A DNA stretch of 60,947 nt, counting the filler, from Nemertoderma westbladi (Eukaryota > Animalia > Xenacoelomorpha): assembly GCA_032718475.1 (NCBI GenBank). It is 3 parts of 3 records of this genome, joined end to end, with 100 filler letters (N's around TTAATTAATTAA, not from the genome) between each part and the next. Parts side by side here need not be neighbours in the genome. Positions count along the whole stretch, not along the records: positions 15,123 to 39,063 come from JAUCBJ010006731.1; positions 39,164 to 60,947 come from JAUCBJ010008497.1; 1 more part is not named here. One strand, written 5' to 3'. Position numbers and translations under genes: made by a program. Below, piece after piece: positions 33,857 to 45,180 of the stretch; position 1 is the first letter of the stretch, and each line of letters begins with the position of its first letter. The notes under the pieces are model-generated. The model did no database searches and was not told the DNA's origin. It worked only from the letters and a program-made list of their open reading frames with translations.

Positions 33857-36748
33857 TTATGGTTGTGCTAAGGTTGATAAGGGTGGACAAAGTGTACATG
33901 AAAGACAGTGATAGCGGTCCGAGCATGAGTGCTGGCAGAATCGGCAGACGCAGTTCTGTGACAGCGGGTGAAAAGGAGTTTGATCGGTGCAGAGTTTAAA
34001 ATGAAAACCATGGGAAGTTGTCCGAGTTACAACGTGTCGGTTTTTCTGGTTTTGGCGTTTCCATATGTCCGAGGTGAAAGCGGGCCCGTTTATAAAACCT
34101 TCTTGGATGAAATTTAATTCGCGTTCCTCTCGGTGTACTCTGTATAATGAGATTGCGTTTCGATTGAAGGTATTTGGGTTGCGTTCTAGAATGCACTCGA
34201 CAAACATTTGTTGATCAATAAGCTTTAGTGCCATAGTGGAAGATGCGGATTTGTGTAAGGCCAGCATTGATTTAGCGAATGCTGATTTTATTTTATCTAC
34301 TTCTTTTAAATGTGCCAGTGTAAAATAAGGACCGATTTCTGTGAACGCGTATGTTACCAAAGGGTCTATTTTAGTATTAAAAATTTTGATGGCAGTGTCA
34401 ATTGATAATAAACGGAGGTGCTGTATTGAGCCAATAATTCCAAATGCCTTTATTTTCTTTAATTGAATATGCTGTGTGAATGATAATGAAGGCTGAAGCG
34501 TAATTCCTAGGTATTCGTATTTATTCTCGAGTTTGACTATATTATTTCCATATGTGAATTTGTCGTCTTTGCTGTATCGACCGCCCTTGCGAAATTTAAT
34601 AATCTTTGTTTTCAATAAATTTACTTCCATACCGTTTAATTTACACCATTTGGATATAACATCGAGAGCTGATTGGACGTCGCATCTGTTACTGGAGTAT
34701 ATCACCAAATCGTCTGCATAGAATATGAATTTGAGTAAGGCAGCTACATTTCTTAGTGCCGTTGCTAGGTCGGCAATGAATAAAATAAAGCAGGTGGGGC
34801 TCAGACAGTCCCCCTGTAAAATCCCTCGTAATTGTTCAATGAGGTTCGAGTAACGGAGACCATCAAAGATGCGGAAATAATTACATAACAATTCCTTTAT
34901 TATGTCGAAGGTCTTTCCCCTCACACCTAAGTTGTAGAGCTTGTTTAGTAATACTTTACGGCTTAAAAGGTCAAACGCCTTCCGGAAATCAACAAATAAT
35001 GCATATGTTATTCTTGATTGTCTAGTGGGCGAGTTAAAGGCTGTTGTAATGTCCTGAAGTAACTTCGATATAGCATGTATTGTAGATCGTTGAGGGACAA
35101 AACCAAACTGTTCGAGTGGAATGAAGTTAGCGAGAGCGCTGCGTATTCGCTTGTTAATAGTCGACGTGAGAATTTTCAGAAGAACACACAGAAGAGCTAT
35201 CCCGCGGTAGTTGTCGGGGTCCGTGATTTTCCCCTTCCCTTTATAAAGAATATTTATCACGCTATTTTTCCAGATTGAAGGCAATTTCCCAATATCAAAG
35301 CAGACGTTATAGAGTAGAGTTATTAATGATAAAAGTTGTGGAATCCCCTGTTTTATGTGCTCATAGTATATGCCGTCATGTCCGCACGCCTTGTTGTTTG
35401 GTAGGTCGGTAATTGTCTCTAGAATTTCCGATTCTGTAAACTGTTCATTGAACCACTCGTCCAGCTCGCGTTCGGGATCAGATGAAACCGGGGTAGTAGC
35501 CACTCCTTCAGGATCATTTGGAGTTCCTAGTAAGTCCGTAAAATGTTCCTCGAGCCGTGTAGCATCAATGGGAGCAATCGACGGTTTATGTTTCTGCTTG
35601 AAAAGGGACCAGGGAGTAATTTCGACGCGGACGATCAGATCCAATAGTTTATCATTGTCGTAGGCGTTTCGTTTATCCTTTACTAGAGATTTATATTGCT
35701 TCCGTAGACGCCAGAAGTGTGTGTTAGCGTCTGTAGAAACGTGACGAGACAACATAGCAGCCATTAATGTAGATTTTTGATTTCGGCATTCTTCGTCAAA
35801 CCATGGCTTCCCATGGGTTACTCGGGGGCGTATCAAATTGGAAGACCCGGTTATAGCATCATTTAGAAGTAGTGTGGCCGTGTTAATATCGCTATGAGTT
35901 ACTAGATTTTCAAACACTAGTTGAAGATTCGCATGGTTAGAAAGTTTACCAGAATCAATTTTTCGTGTATATCGATGTGGCCTGCTGGGGATCTGAAGGT
36001 TTGAGTCTGTATTAAGATATATGTTTGCAGAGACTCTCTGATGTTTACGTATTGGACTGAGGTGGATTTGCAGCTGTGGTAGACAGCTTGGAGCCACCGA
36101 GGGGTAACGAATAAACACTAGATCTATTACACTTTCTCCCTGGGGTGAGATGTAGGTAGGAGCAGATGGATCATTTAAACAATAGAATCCGAGTTGATTT
36201 AAATTATCTGATAAACATGCTCCACGGTTACCCTTATCCAATCGACAGTTGAAATCGCCTGACACCACTATAGGTTTACTGTAGTCAGCGAATGAGATTG
36301 CTCGGTTAATAGAGAGAGTTATATCTTCTAGCGCAGTATCAGGGTTAAAGTAAAACACACTAAAATATCCCGAATTTGTTTTAATTGCTATGTAATTCCG
36401 ATCCAGAGACACGATAGATGGATTCAAACACGGTTTGCATAGAATAATTATACCTTCGGACGGCCGACCCCGGGTGCGTTTCAGCGCGGGTTGGATAAAT
36501 GAGTAATAGTTTGGAAAATCAATTTCTGACTTACAATATAAAGTTTCGGTGAAGAGTAAAACATCTGCACTACTGCTTAGTTCATTGTCATCGACATTAT
36601 CGCGAATAAACTGTAGGCCCTCAACATTCCAGAGAACAATGTTGAGGAGGCGCCCCGTACCTACTGGGGGTTGTGTTGTTGGGTTTGATTTGAGTCGTTG
36701 AGATGAGAGTCCGAATGAATAAGTGCCATTTGTCCCGTAGGAGGCCAC
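33857..36748 (-). CDS. LINE ORF2: APE endonuclease + RT + C-terminal Cys/His motif (963 aa, no AUG before the endonuclease)
   Basis: WNVEGL, FTET, GDFN, PTY..VIDL, WFDEEC, NYRGIAL, QFGF, FVDFRKAFD, QGDCLSP, YADD, YLG, CRFC...HCLSC. Confidence 0.95.
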   Translation of the reverse strand: MASYGTNGTYSFGLSSQRLKSNPTTQPPVGTGRLLNIVLWNVEGLQFIRDNVDDNELSSSADVLLFTETLYCKSEIDFPNYYSFIQPALKRTRGRPSEGIIILCKPCLNPSIVSLDRNYIAIKTNSGYFSVFYFNPDTALEDITLSINRAISFADYSKPIVVSGDFNCRLDKGNRGACLSDNLNQLGFYCLNDPSAPTYISPQGESVIDLVFIRYPSVAPSCLPQLQIHLSPIRKHQRVSANIYLNTDSNLQIPSRPHRYTRKIDSGKLSNHANLQLVFENLVTHSDINTATLLLNDAITGSSNLIRPRVTHGKPWFDEECRNQKSTLMAAMLSRHVSTDANTHFWRLRKQYKSLVKDKRNAYDNDKLLDLIVRVEITPWSLFKQKHKPSIAPIDATRLEEHFTDLLGTPNDPEGVATTPVSSDPERELDEWFNEQFTESEILETITDLPNNKACGHDGIYYEHIKQGIPQLLSLITLLYNVCFDIGKLPSIWKNSVINILYKGKGKITDPDNYRGIALLCVLLKILTSTINKRIRSALANFIPLEQFGFVPQRSTIHAISKLLQDITTAFNSPTRQSRITYALFVDFRKAFDLLSRKVLLNKLYNLGVRGKTFDIIKELLCNYFRIFDGLRYSNLIEQLRGILQGDCLSPTCFILFIADLATALRNVAALLKFIFYADDLVIYSSNRCDVQSALDVISKWCKLNGMEVNLLKTKIIKFRKGGRYSKDDKFTYGNNIVKLENKYEYLGITLQPSLSFTQHIQLKKIKAFGIIGSIQHLRLLSIDTAIKIFNTKIDPLVTYAFTEIGPYFTLAHLKEVDKIKSAFAKSMLALHKSASSTMALKLIDQQMFVECILERNPNTFNRNAISLYRVHREERELNFIQEGFINGPAFTSDIWKRQNQKNRHVVTRTTSHGFHFKLCTDQTPFHPLSQNCVCRFCQHSCSDRYHCLSCTLCPPLSTLAQP

Positions 36749-37470
36749 ATTTGGTTGCCGAGATCCCCGTTCTCTCGCGGTCTGACTCCATACCGAGCAC
36801 GTTCGTCACCGCGTAATTGATAGTTTCGGATGGTTATTCCGCTATCCCAAAGTAGGGGATCCATGATTCGATCGCGATCGGACTGGTTGCACACAATGTG
36901 AAAGCTATTAAACGTTGGGTTTTCCATTCTCGACGTTACAGGGTTGACTTCACTAAAGGGTACTCCTTCAGCGGTTAGATACGATGTGATATCTTCAGCA
37001 GTTGTTGACGGTACTAGTCTGCCGATATGTATGTGGGCATTACGTGGGGGTGACGGTGCTGCGCGAAGAGGGCCTCCGACCTTAACGCCGCGAGCGACTG
37101 GCGCGGTGCCCGGGGGTCTATAATATCGAGGAGGTCCTGGAGGGGGAGCAGATGTTTGTGTACCGGGTGGGAGTCCCTGAGTGTTACCGGTAGGCCTTGC
37201 AGCATCAGCATATGAAACCGAGGTACTGGTAGGTGGGGGCGGGGTAACGGATCTGGAAGACTGGAGCTTTATCAGGTTGTCTTTCGAGGATATCGATTCC
37301 TGTTGAGCATTTGCGAGCCTACCCAAACAGGAGGTGAACATGGCCGACATGTCCATCAGTTTATCCGTTACTAGTTTCTCATCTTCATTAGATACACTCT
37401 TTTTCAATTTGGCATTCCTGAATAGTCTGAGGATTTCTTCTTGGTGCGCGCTAAATTTATCCGGATCCAT
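36661..37470 (-). CDS. LINE ORF1 (269 aa; helical N-terminus, Pro-rich linker with SYADAA, RRM-like C-terminus)
   Basis: IHIGRLVPSTTAEDITSYL...SFHI...DPLLWDSGITIR matches the ORF1 RRM-like pattern of CR1/RTE-X-group LINEs. Confidence 0.88.
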   Translation of the reverse strand: MDPDKFSAHQEEILRLFRNAKLKKSVSNEDEKLVTDKLMDMSAMFTSCLGRLANAQQESISSKDNLIKLQSSRSVTPPPPTSTSVSYADAARPTGNTQGLPPGTQTSAPPPGPPRYYRPPGTAPVARGVKVGGPLRAAPSPPRNAHIHIGRLVPSTTAEDITSYLTAEGVPFSEVNPVTSRMENPTFNSFHIVCNQSDRDRIMDPLLWDSGITIRNYQLRGDERARYGVRPRENGDLGNQMWPPTGQMALIHSDSHLNDSNQTQQHNPQ

Positions 37471-37610
37471 AAGAAGATCAGCAGTACAGCAGTGAGTCAG
37501 TCACACAGCAGTACCAAGCGTACCGCTGTGTTTGTGAAAAAAACACGTTTGAAATTTCTAGTCTATTTTATATGAATTTCATCTAATTGCAAACACCAAA
37601 AAACCGGTGT

Positions 37611-38921
37611 ACGGACAATTCCGACCTGGACAATTGCGACCCGGTCAATTACAACCTGGACAATTGCGACCCGGACAATTCCGACCTGGACAATTCCGAC
37701 CCGGACAATTAAGACCTGGACAATTGCGACCCGGGCAATTCCGACCTGGACAATTCCGACCCGGACAATTATGACCCGGACAATTGCGACCCGGACAATT
37801 CCGACCTGGACAATTGCGACTCGGACAATTCCGACCCGGACAATTAAGACCCGGACAATTGCGACCCGGACAATTCCGACCTGGACAATTGCGACCCGGA
37901 CAATTCCGACCCGGGCAATTAAGACCCGGACAATTGCAACCCGGACAATTCCGACCTGGACAATTGTGACCCGGACAATTCCGACCTGGACAATTCCGAC
38001 CCGGACAATTCCGATGCGGACAATTTCGGCCCGGACAATTGCGACCCGGACAATTCCGACCTGGACAATTAAAACCCGGACAATTGCGACATGGACAATT
38101 AAGACCCGGACAATTGCGACCCGGACAATTCCGACCCGGACAATTAAGACCCGGACAATTGCGACCCGGACAATTCCGACCTGGACAATTGCGACCCGGA
38201 CAATTCCGACCTGGACAATTAAGACCCGGATAATTCCGACCTGGACAATTGCGACCCGGACAATTCCGACCTGGACAATTGCGACCCGGACAATTGCGAC
38301 CCGGACAATTCCGACCTGGACAATTTAGACCCGGACAATTGCGACCCGGACAATTCCGACCTGGGCAATTGCGACCCGGACAATTCCGACCTGGACAATT
38401 AAGACCCGGACAATTTTTGCGACCCGGACAATTCCGACCTGGACAATTCCGACCCGGACAATTAAGACCCGGACAATTGCGACCCGGACAATTCCGACCT
38501 GGACAATTGCGACCCGGACAATTCCGACCTGGACAATTAAGACCCGGACAATTGCGACCCAGACAATTCCGACCCAGACAATTAAGACCCGGACAATTGC
38601 GACCCGGACAATTCCGACCTGGACAATTGCGACCTGGACAATTCCGACCTGGACAATTAAGACCCGGACAATTGCGACCCGGACAATTCCGACCCGGACA
38701 ATTAAGACCCGGACAATTGCGACCCGGACAATTCCGACATGGACAATTGCGACCCGGACAATTCCGACCTGGACAATTCCGACCCGGACAATTGCGACCC
38801 GGACAATTCCGACCTGGACAATTCCGACCCGGACAATTGCGACCCGGACAATTCCGACCTTTGACAATTGCGACCCGGACAATTGCGACCCGGACAATTG
38901 CGACCCGGACAATTCCGACCC
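37611..38921. repeat. 15-bp minisatellite (CGGACAATT[CC/GC/AA]GACC) x ~87
   Basis: Read directly; accounts for the RPGQL/TRTIA ORFs. Confidence 0.97.
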
Positions 38922-39063
38922 ATTCCGAGATGGAATGAAATTTTCAAGGGGTTGGAATTGTCCAGATCCAGTATAGGACAAATACGACACAAATAATATA
39001 AATATAATAATAATAAATAAATAATAAATTTATTTAACATAAGATTGCTGTGTCCATATGGAT

Positions 39064-39163
39064 NNNNNNNNNNNNNNNNNNNNNNNNNNNNNNNNNNNNN
39101 NNNNNNNTTAATTAATTAANNNNNNNNNNNNNNNNNNNNNNNNNNNNNNNNNNNNNNNNNNNN
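39064..39163. other. Artificial contig spacer (44 N + TTAATTAATTAA + 44 N)
   Basis: Identical to 15023-15122. Confidence 0.97.
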
Positions 39164-39989
39164 TAGAGTCTCATAGTAAGATACATCGTTACTAGGATCT
39201 GGTAAGCGGTATACTACTGGACCCCTACAGTCATATAAAAGAGAACAACAGACAATACATGTAGGGCCTATAAAATAGCATTAGATTCACTTCAAACCAC
39301 TTAATGTAAGTCGCAATCGTTATATGTAACCGGTCTCTCTAACCTTTAGTATATCAAGAAGATTGGGGTGTCTGATTATTTATCAGTATTCCAAATATAA
39401 TATTCCATCAACAAATATAATGAATAACCGACAGTAAATAGCAGTACAAAGTTTAAGGTGTGAATGGTTATGAATGCAGATATGTGAGTAATGCGAATTG
39501 GTATGAGATATGATAACAGATATACGTTCTATAATTAAGCCTACTAATGTTGGGCTAAAGACTGAAACACGGAGGTTCCAAAGCCGGTGTTCTAGGCTGT
39601 GGACAAAATCACATACTGACTCAACTCCACGAGTTTCTATATACAATCTCTAACTCAGAGGCAAAAAACGCTCTGATTGGTCGACCGAACAAAGAAGGAA
39701 CAGAGAACAACGAAAAGCTCCACGTGTACAGCATCAGCTGTTAGCCGTCGTCATGGTAGCTACACTGTTTCAAGAGGATCCGGCGTATTGCGTCATAGAA
39801 TTGCTAATTATGTCCGCTAAAGTACACATACAGAAGAAATGGCTTTTATGTCCTCTAAAACACTAGTACAGTAAGGACACGGCCTTTTATGCCTGTTAAA
39901 CCAACTACAGAGTACTTTACGGGGAAAATAACCGGCTAATTCCGCAAAAGCCTTTACAACAAATATTAGTTGCTAGCGTAGTATTATTA

Positions 39990-40340
39990 TTTGTAGTGCA
40001 ATAATTCTAGAATATCGTTTATTTGAAAAAGATAGAGAGAGCTATCGAAAGCTAATAATAAAAAAATATATTTTTAGTGATTGATCATATAAAGTTGTCA
40101 CTTTTTGAATTCTTAAAATATTATTATACTAAAACAACTTGATATTCTAGAATTATTGCACTACAAAATGATATGTATAAGTTTTTAGTTATCCATTTTG
40201 TAGTGCAATAATTTATCACATAGAATATCGTTTATTTGAAAAAAATAGAGAGAGCTATCGAAAGCTAATATAGTGATTGATCAAATAAGTTGTCACCTTT
40301 TGAATTGTTAAAATATTATTATACTAAAACAACTTGATCT
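39990..40340. repeat. Local ~150-bp direct duplication with an intervening inverted copy of its first ~27 bp
   Basis: TGTAGTGCAATAATT..TAGAATATCGTTTATTTG at ~39991 and ~40199; reverse complement GATATTCTAGAATTATTGCACTACAAA at 40141. Confidence 0.75.
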
Positions 40341-40917
40341 CACACCCTACAGTCATATTCCCTAACTTTCTTTACTTAATTTAAATTTATATATGATATT
40401 TATATTTATTTTTTTATTTAAATAATAAATTTTTTATTTAAATATATTTATTTATTTAAATACATATATATATATATACAGAAACAAAAAAAAACTTAAA
40501 AAAAAATTAAAAAAGCCTTTACACCTTTAATTACAGTTGCAACAGCTAATGTCCAATTTGTTTATTTAAAAATATATCCTTTTCTACTATAACGATACAG
40601 AAACTATTTACTCTACTGCTCTATAGTGTATAAAATATATTCTTAATTAATAATTATTTTTAAATTCTTTTAATTAATATTCAAATTGTAATAGGCCTAT
40701 TTTAGATTTTAATATTTAACATTTTAATATTCAGTTATTTTCTTGCTATCATGCACCCTGGTCAGCCTGTACAATACGCCTGTACTGCACGTCGCACATC
40801 AGCACATGTACCTACCAGTACAACATATCGCAGCGCAGGTTGCAGTGCCGTACCGCTGAGCCAGTGCCGTATTTGTTCGTTGGAATACATACTGCAGCAC
40901 TGTCAGATCTCAGACTG

Positions 40918-40971
40918 AACACTGAACCCACGACCTCCAAGAGATGTGAATTCAATGCAACCACTACACCA
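40918..40971 (-). other. tRNA-derived SINE-head-like relic
   Basis: Minus strand reads TGGTGTAGTGG...GGTCGTGGGTTCAGT (A- and B-box-like). Confidence 0.35.
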
Positions 40972-41889
40972 AATTATCGTTGATTAAGAAAATGAATTGA
41001 ATAAGTATTGAATGCGTTTAAATTTAATGTTGTAAGTCAAAAACATGACACGCCCCCCCCCCCCCCCCCCCCCCCCCCTAACTTGTATACAAATTGTAAT
41101 GAATAGCATGATATGAAACAGAGTTACAGTAGTTTCACCTCCCTCATCCTTAGTGACTGAGCCAGAATTGTGTAGGTTGGGTGTGTAGTCGTTAGCTATA
41201 AGCGTTTGAAAAAAGTGTCACCGGCGGTGATATTGCAGCAACAGTCCCATCTCAGTTCGTCAACCTGTAACAAATGTAAAGTTAGGAAATAGCCATAGAG
41301 CTGAGATATGGGCGTTCGAAAGTTGAAGTTGGTTTTTCACCGCGCGAGGCTATGTGTTTCTATGTAATAAATAAACCATGTGCTAGAACATGATGTAAAA
41401 ACGTAACTACAGTAGAACGTAACTGAGGGTTCAGATTCACTTACCAGAAACACTTATTACTGTGAACAATTCGGATCTGGGAATTTAAATTCGTCGAACT
41501 GGGAACTGAAATTGGAAACCCGAATTTTAGATTTGTAGACCTGATGAACATTCGCAGCATATGGTCATTTCCTTACCAGCCCGCTTGGTCCATTACTTTG
41601 TAAAATATTATCAATTCTTTATATGGCTGATAATTGTCTTCGAAAACGAAGATAATTTATCAGTCAAATAATGCATATTTCCATCATCAGAGAAGGATAA
41701 TTATTAATTAAATGCATCTAAATTTAATTAATTTTACTAGATTCATCAACACGAATATAATCTAATATGGCTGAAAATATGGGAAATTATTTAAATTTAA
41801 ACTAACAAATTCTAATTTTAGTAATTTCTAATCAAGTTTCCATAGATACCCCCAAATCTATATTTATTTTATATTTCTTTATATACTCA

Positions 41890-43050
41890 GCCGCTTCCAT
41901 TAATAAGTATATAACGTATTGTAGGATAGGGAAGTAGGGTGTAGGGTAGGATAAGGTAGGTATAGGCTAATAACCCCCCCCCCCCCTCCCCTCCCTCTCC
42001 ACCAAAGTATCCACAGGCAGGTTGTTGAACGCAAGCAGAATCGTCAGAACCGTCTACCAAGGATCCTTTACTATTTTTAACTATATATGGCTCTGGCAAT
42101 CACACGCTCCTTTCTCTGTCGATTTCTCAACAGAGAGCTAACTGTTCGAATTTATAAGCCACAGCGATAACCAAAACAATAAATCTGAAATGGCTCCCTA
42201 AGCTACTTAATATGAGTGCGGGTGGTTTGCACTCGGCGTTCACTTACCACAGAATAACCACTACCTAAATACCACTTACCACTAAATACAGGCAGTTACT
42301 AAGCAAAACAACGTCGAATGCGAGAATATTTTAATATTGTATCGGGATAGGATATTAATCCGCCCTAATGTCAAACTTGGTCTTGCTCTGGTTTTAGGCC
42401 AGCAAATTTACTACTGCGCTACACTAGCTACCGCTGTCAGCCCGCTAACCCGCTATTTTCAAATAACCGCCTAGCGTTGAATATTCTAAGGTATTTCTAA
42501 GCGTAATTTACCCAACTATTCTCCGCTATGCACCGTGCAAGTTCTTAATTTTCTATTCTACATGCTAAATAAACTACAGTGTCTTAAAATACAAAATTGC
42601 GTACTAATTACTAAGTATTCCAGAACACGTATTACTAATTTATTACGTTACTGAGTTATACTAGTGTAACAGCCTAAATACTGTATTATTTTGACTTAAC
42701 AGCAATTAATAAGCACGAACTAAGAAATAGAAAACAATCAAGAGAAAGTAGCGCCTGTATAAACATTACAATCGAACATCAGGCACTCTTCAGCAACACA
42801 ACATAAAATAGCGTTAGCAACACACTAATATAGGGCAATAGTAACACTAGTGGTAGTGCTAGTAATAGCGCTAGTGTAAAGGAGTAATACCACCAAGACT
42901 ACATGCAGTCTTCCTAACTAAACCCCTATCGCTATCGTAGTACTACAAGGCTGAGACGAAGTCTGGATCGTCAGCCCCTTAATGCTGTAATTTCTTTAAC
43001 TTTAACAGTGACGACCGGTCCCCGGTCTACGGTGGCCCATAACGGCCACC
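41890..43050 (-). mobile_element. LTR end + leader of an element related to 1900-3060
   Basis: Reverse-strand similarity to 1915-2820, including the GACCG.TCG...ACA...GGGGCTGA.GATCCAG junction. Confidence 0.55.
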
Positions 43051-43728
43051 GCTCCTCTCACACACAGGTCACCCACACAAACATCATTTTTAATTTTATA
43101 GTGTGTGTGTGGGTGGCATAGTGAGTGTGAGGGGGGTGTAGGTGTGTGTGTGCGTGGCATTGTGTGTGTGTTGGTGGCATGATGTGTGTGTGCGTGGCAT
43201 AGTGTGTGTGTGCGTGGCATGTGTCCCAGTGTCCGAGTGGATACAGCGCCTGACTGCTTTCACAATAGTGTTTGCGGCGCATGTTCAAATCCGACTTAAG
43301 GCTGTAGAAATTTTGCACCGTGGTTTTACTAGGCAAGCCACATTAGACTTAGTGCTACGCCAACCCAGCAGTATAATGGGAACCTGGCTTTGCTGGGGAA
43401 AAAATAATGCAGGCGCTCTGATAAAGGGTATGTGGCCCCTAAGGGTGCCTGAAATAACAAATATAAATGTTAAATTTATTTTTTTATAGTGAGTGTTTAC
43501 ATCATTTCATTATCTCAGGTTAATTCAATATGTCGATGTATCTAAGATCTGGTATAGGTGAGTAAAAAATAGCAATGAAAGTATATGAAATATTTGAGAA
43601 TTAAATTAATGTTGTTAAAAATTACAGCAATAACATTGACCCAGATACCTTGGTATTAATAGTTTAGCTAATTGTTTAGTTTTATTAGATTAATAAAAAA
43701 AAGTGTTCCAAAACAATTCCTGTTTGTA

Positions 43729-44879
43729 TTATTCCCAATGCAAACAGATACTTCGGAAAATGTGAAGGGCTTCTGTGTGGTTTCGTGGTGGGTACTGAAA
43801 TCCATAGTTTGCACACACGTACATGCAATAAGCATGGGTGTTTTCTGGAATCGAGACATCAGTATTACCCAGATCTCCATTTACTGTATCAATATGTAGC
43901 CTATTCACTCTGAGTTCTAAATCAGCAACTCCTCCTCGTGGAGTTGGAACGTAATAATTCACAAGTGGTCTGCCTGAAACTGTGTAAAAACGTGACCTAC
44001 GTATGTAATGCGAATTCCAGTTATTGCAAATATCATTTAACTGATTCTGAATGAGGTCCGAAAATGCAAACCACATAATGTTGCGATGGTGCGTTATTGC
44101 AGGATTGTAGATCCCTATCTCTACAATGTCTTTAAAATAGTTGATCCACCAGTTCGACCACGCTTTCCTTAATATGGACCAATATGCTTCAATTCGTTGG
44201 TTGTGAGTGGATGTCACATACCGGTGAGCGGTGTGGTCTTGTCTGAAGTAGCACTGTGCAGCTGCCATGATGCCATTTTCGGTCCCACAATCAGTCTCGA
44301 GACGTACTGGGCAACCAAACTGGTCCACTGCATCAGTGAAAAATCCACATATGATATGATATTGGGGTCATTGTTGGTTCTGGTCACCTTCAACCATATC
44401 ACCATCCTGGACCATCCGTCAATGCAGCCGTGGATTGGGAAGCCAAATGGTTTTAATTTATCGTAACCATCGGCATGCCACGCTGCATTGGGTCCGCGAT
44501 TCGAATATATGCGTCGTTGCATTTTATGCTTACGCCTCAGTGCAGACGCCTCAGGGTTGATGTCGTGTAAAATACGCTGGACATTATTCCGCGAAACGGA
44601 ATGTCCATTGCTCGTCAAATAAGCCCAGACTTGCCTGTAACCCCAAGAAGACCCATGTCCGTCAATGATGGTTCTAATTTCCTGCTCGATAACTGTCAGG
44701 TCTTGATTTCGGTTCCTTCTCACTAATCCCATGTCCCGCAATCTGCGCCGGAGTGTTCGTTTTGTGATGTGAATTTGGTCTTTATTAAGTAAAATTCGAA
44801 CAATTTCCATATGAGTGAGACCTTGCTGGAAATAATTTCTAATAATGTCAGCTACACGTTCTTGAACATGATCAGCCAT
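43729..44879 (-). pseudogene. IS3EU/IS481-like DDE transposase (HTH/Clr5-like N-terminus + integrase core), one frameshift
   Basis: RTLRRRL, GYR, RRIY...GPN..WHADGYDKLKPFGFPIHGCIDGWSR, TDCGTEN, STHNQRIEAYW, WNSHYIR; frame broken by TATGA duplication at 44350-44359. Confidence 0.85.
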
Positions 44880-44964
44880 GATAAATTATAAATATGCTAT
44901 ATATATAATAAATTCAATGATGATATGGTGATAAATGTAGTGTGATCAGAACTAGAAACGGGCC

Positions 44965-45180
44965 TAACGGGTTGGGTACAATCTTCGCCCGCGTCCAACC
45001 TTCGCCCGGAGGAAACCTTCGCCCGCGAGCAACAGTTAGTAAGAATTTTAGTTACAAATTTCAGGGAAAGGAGCAGGTTACAGAGACGGCCTTTTCTAAC
45101 CAAAATAATAATTGTTTATTGGGCGAAGGTTGCTCGTGGGTGAAGATTGGGCGCGTGCGAAGTTTGCTGAGTGCCGCCTA
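44965..45180. mobile_element. Small fold-back MITE with ACCTTCGCCC terminal repeats
   Basis: Three CTTCGCCC units on the left, inverted GGGCGAAG/GGGTGAAG/GCGAAG units on the right. Confidence 0.5.

Larger units (their letters stand above)
33695..37535 (-). mobile_element. Full-length, apparently intact LINE (~3.84 kb; RTE-X/CR1-group-like)
   Basis: 19-nt poly(A) (T run 33695-33713); TSD GAAAAAAACACGTTTGAAATTTCTAGTCTA at 33665-33694 and 37536-37565; 65-nt 5' UTR; two open ORFs. Confidence 0.95.
31300..37610 (-). mobile_element. Older diverged relative of the piggyBac-type MITE, split into three pieces (31300-31910, 33471-33694, 37566-37610)
   Basis: The pieces are collinear reverse-complement homologs of ~5635-6500; separated by MITE copy 3 and a full-length LINE. 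Confidence 0.8.

Noticed and set aside
37771-39040. RPGQL/TRTIA repeat proteins or a CRISPR-like array
   Set aside because: Contiguous 15-bp tandem units with no unique spacers and no cas genes; eukaryotic context.
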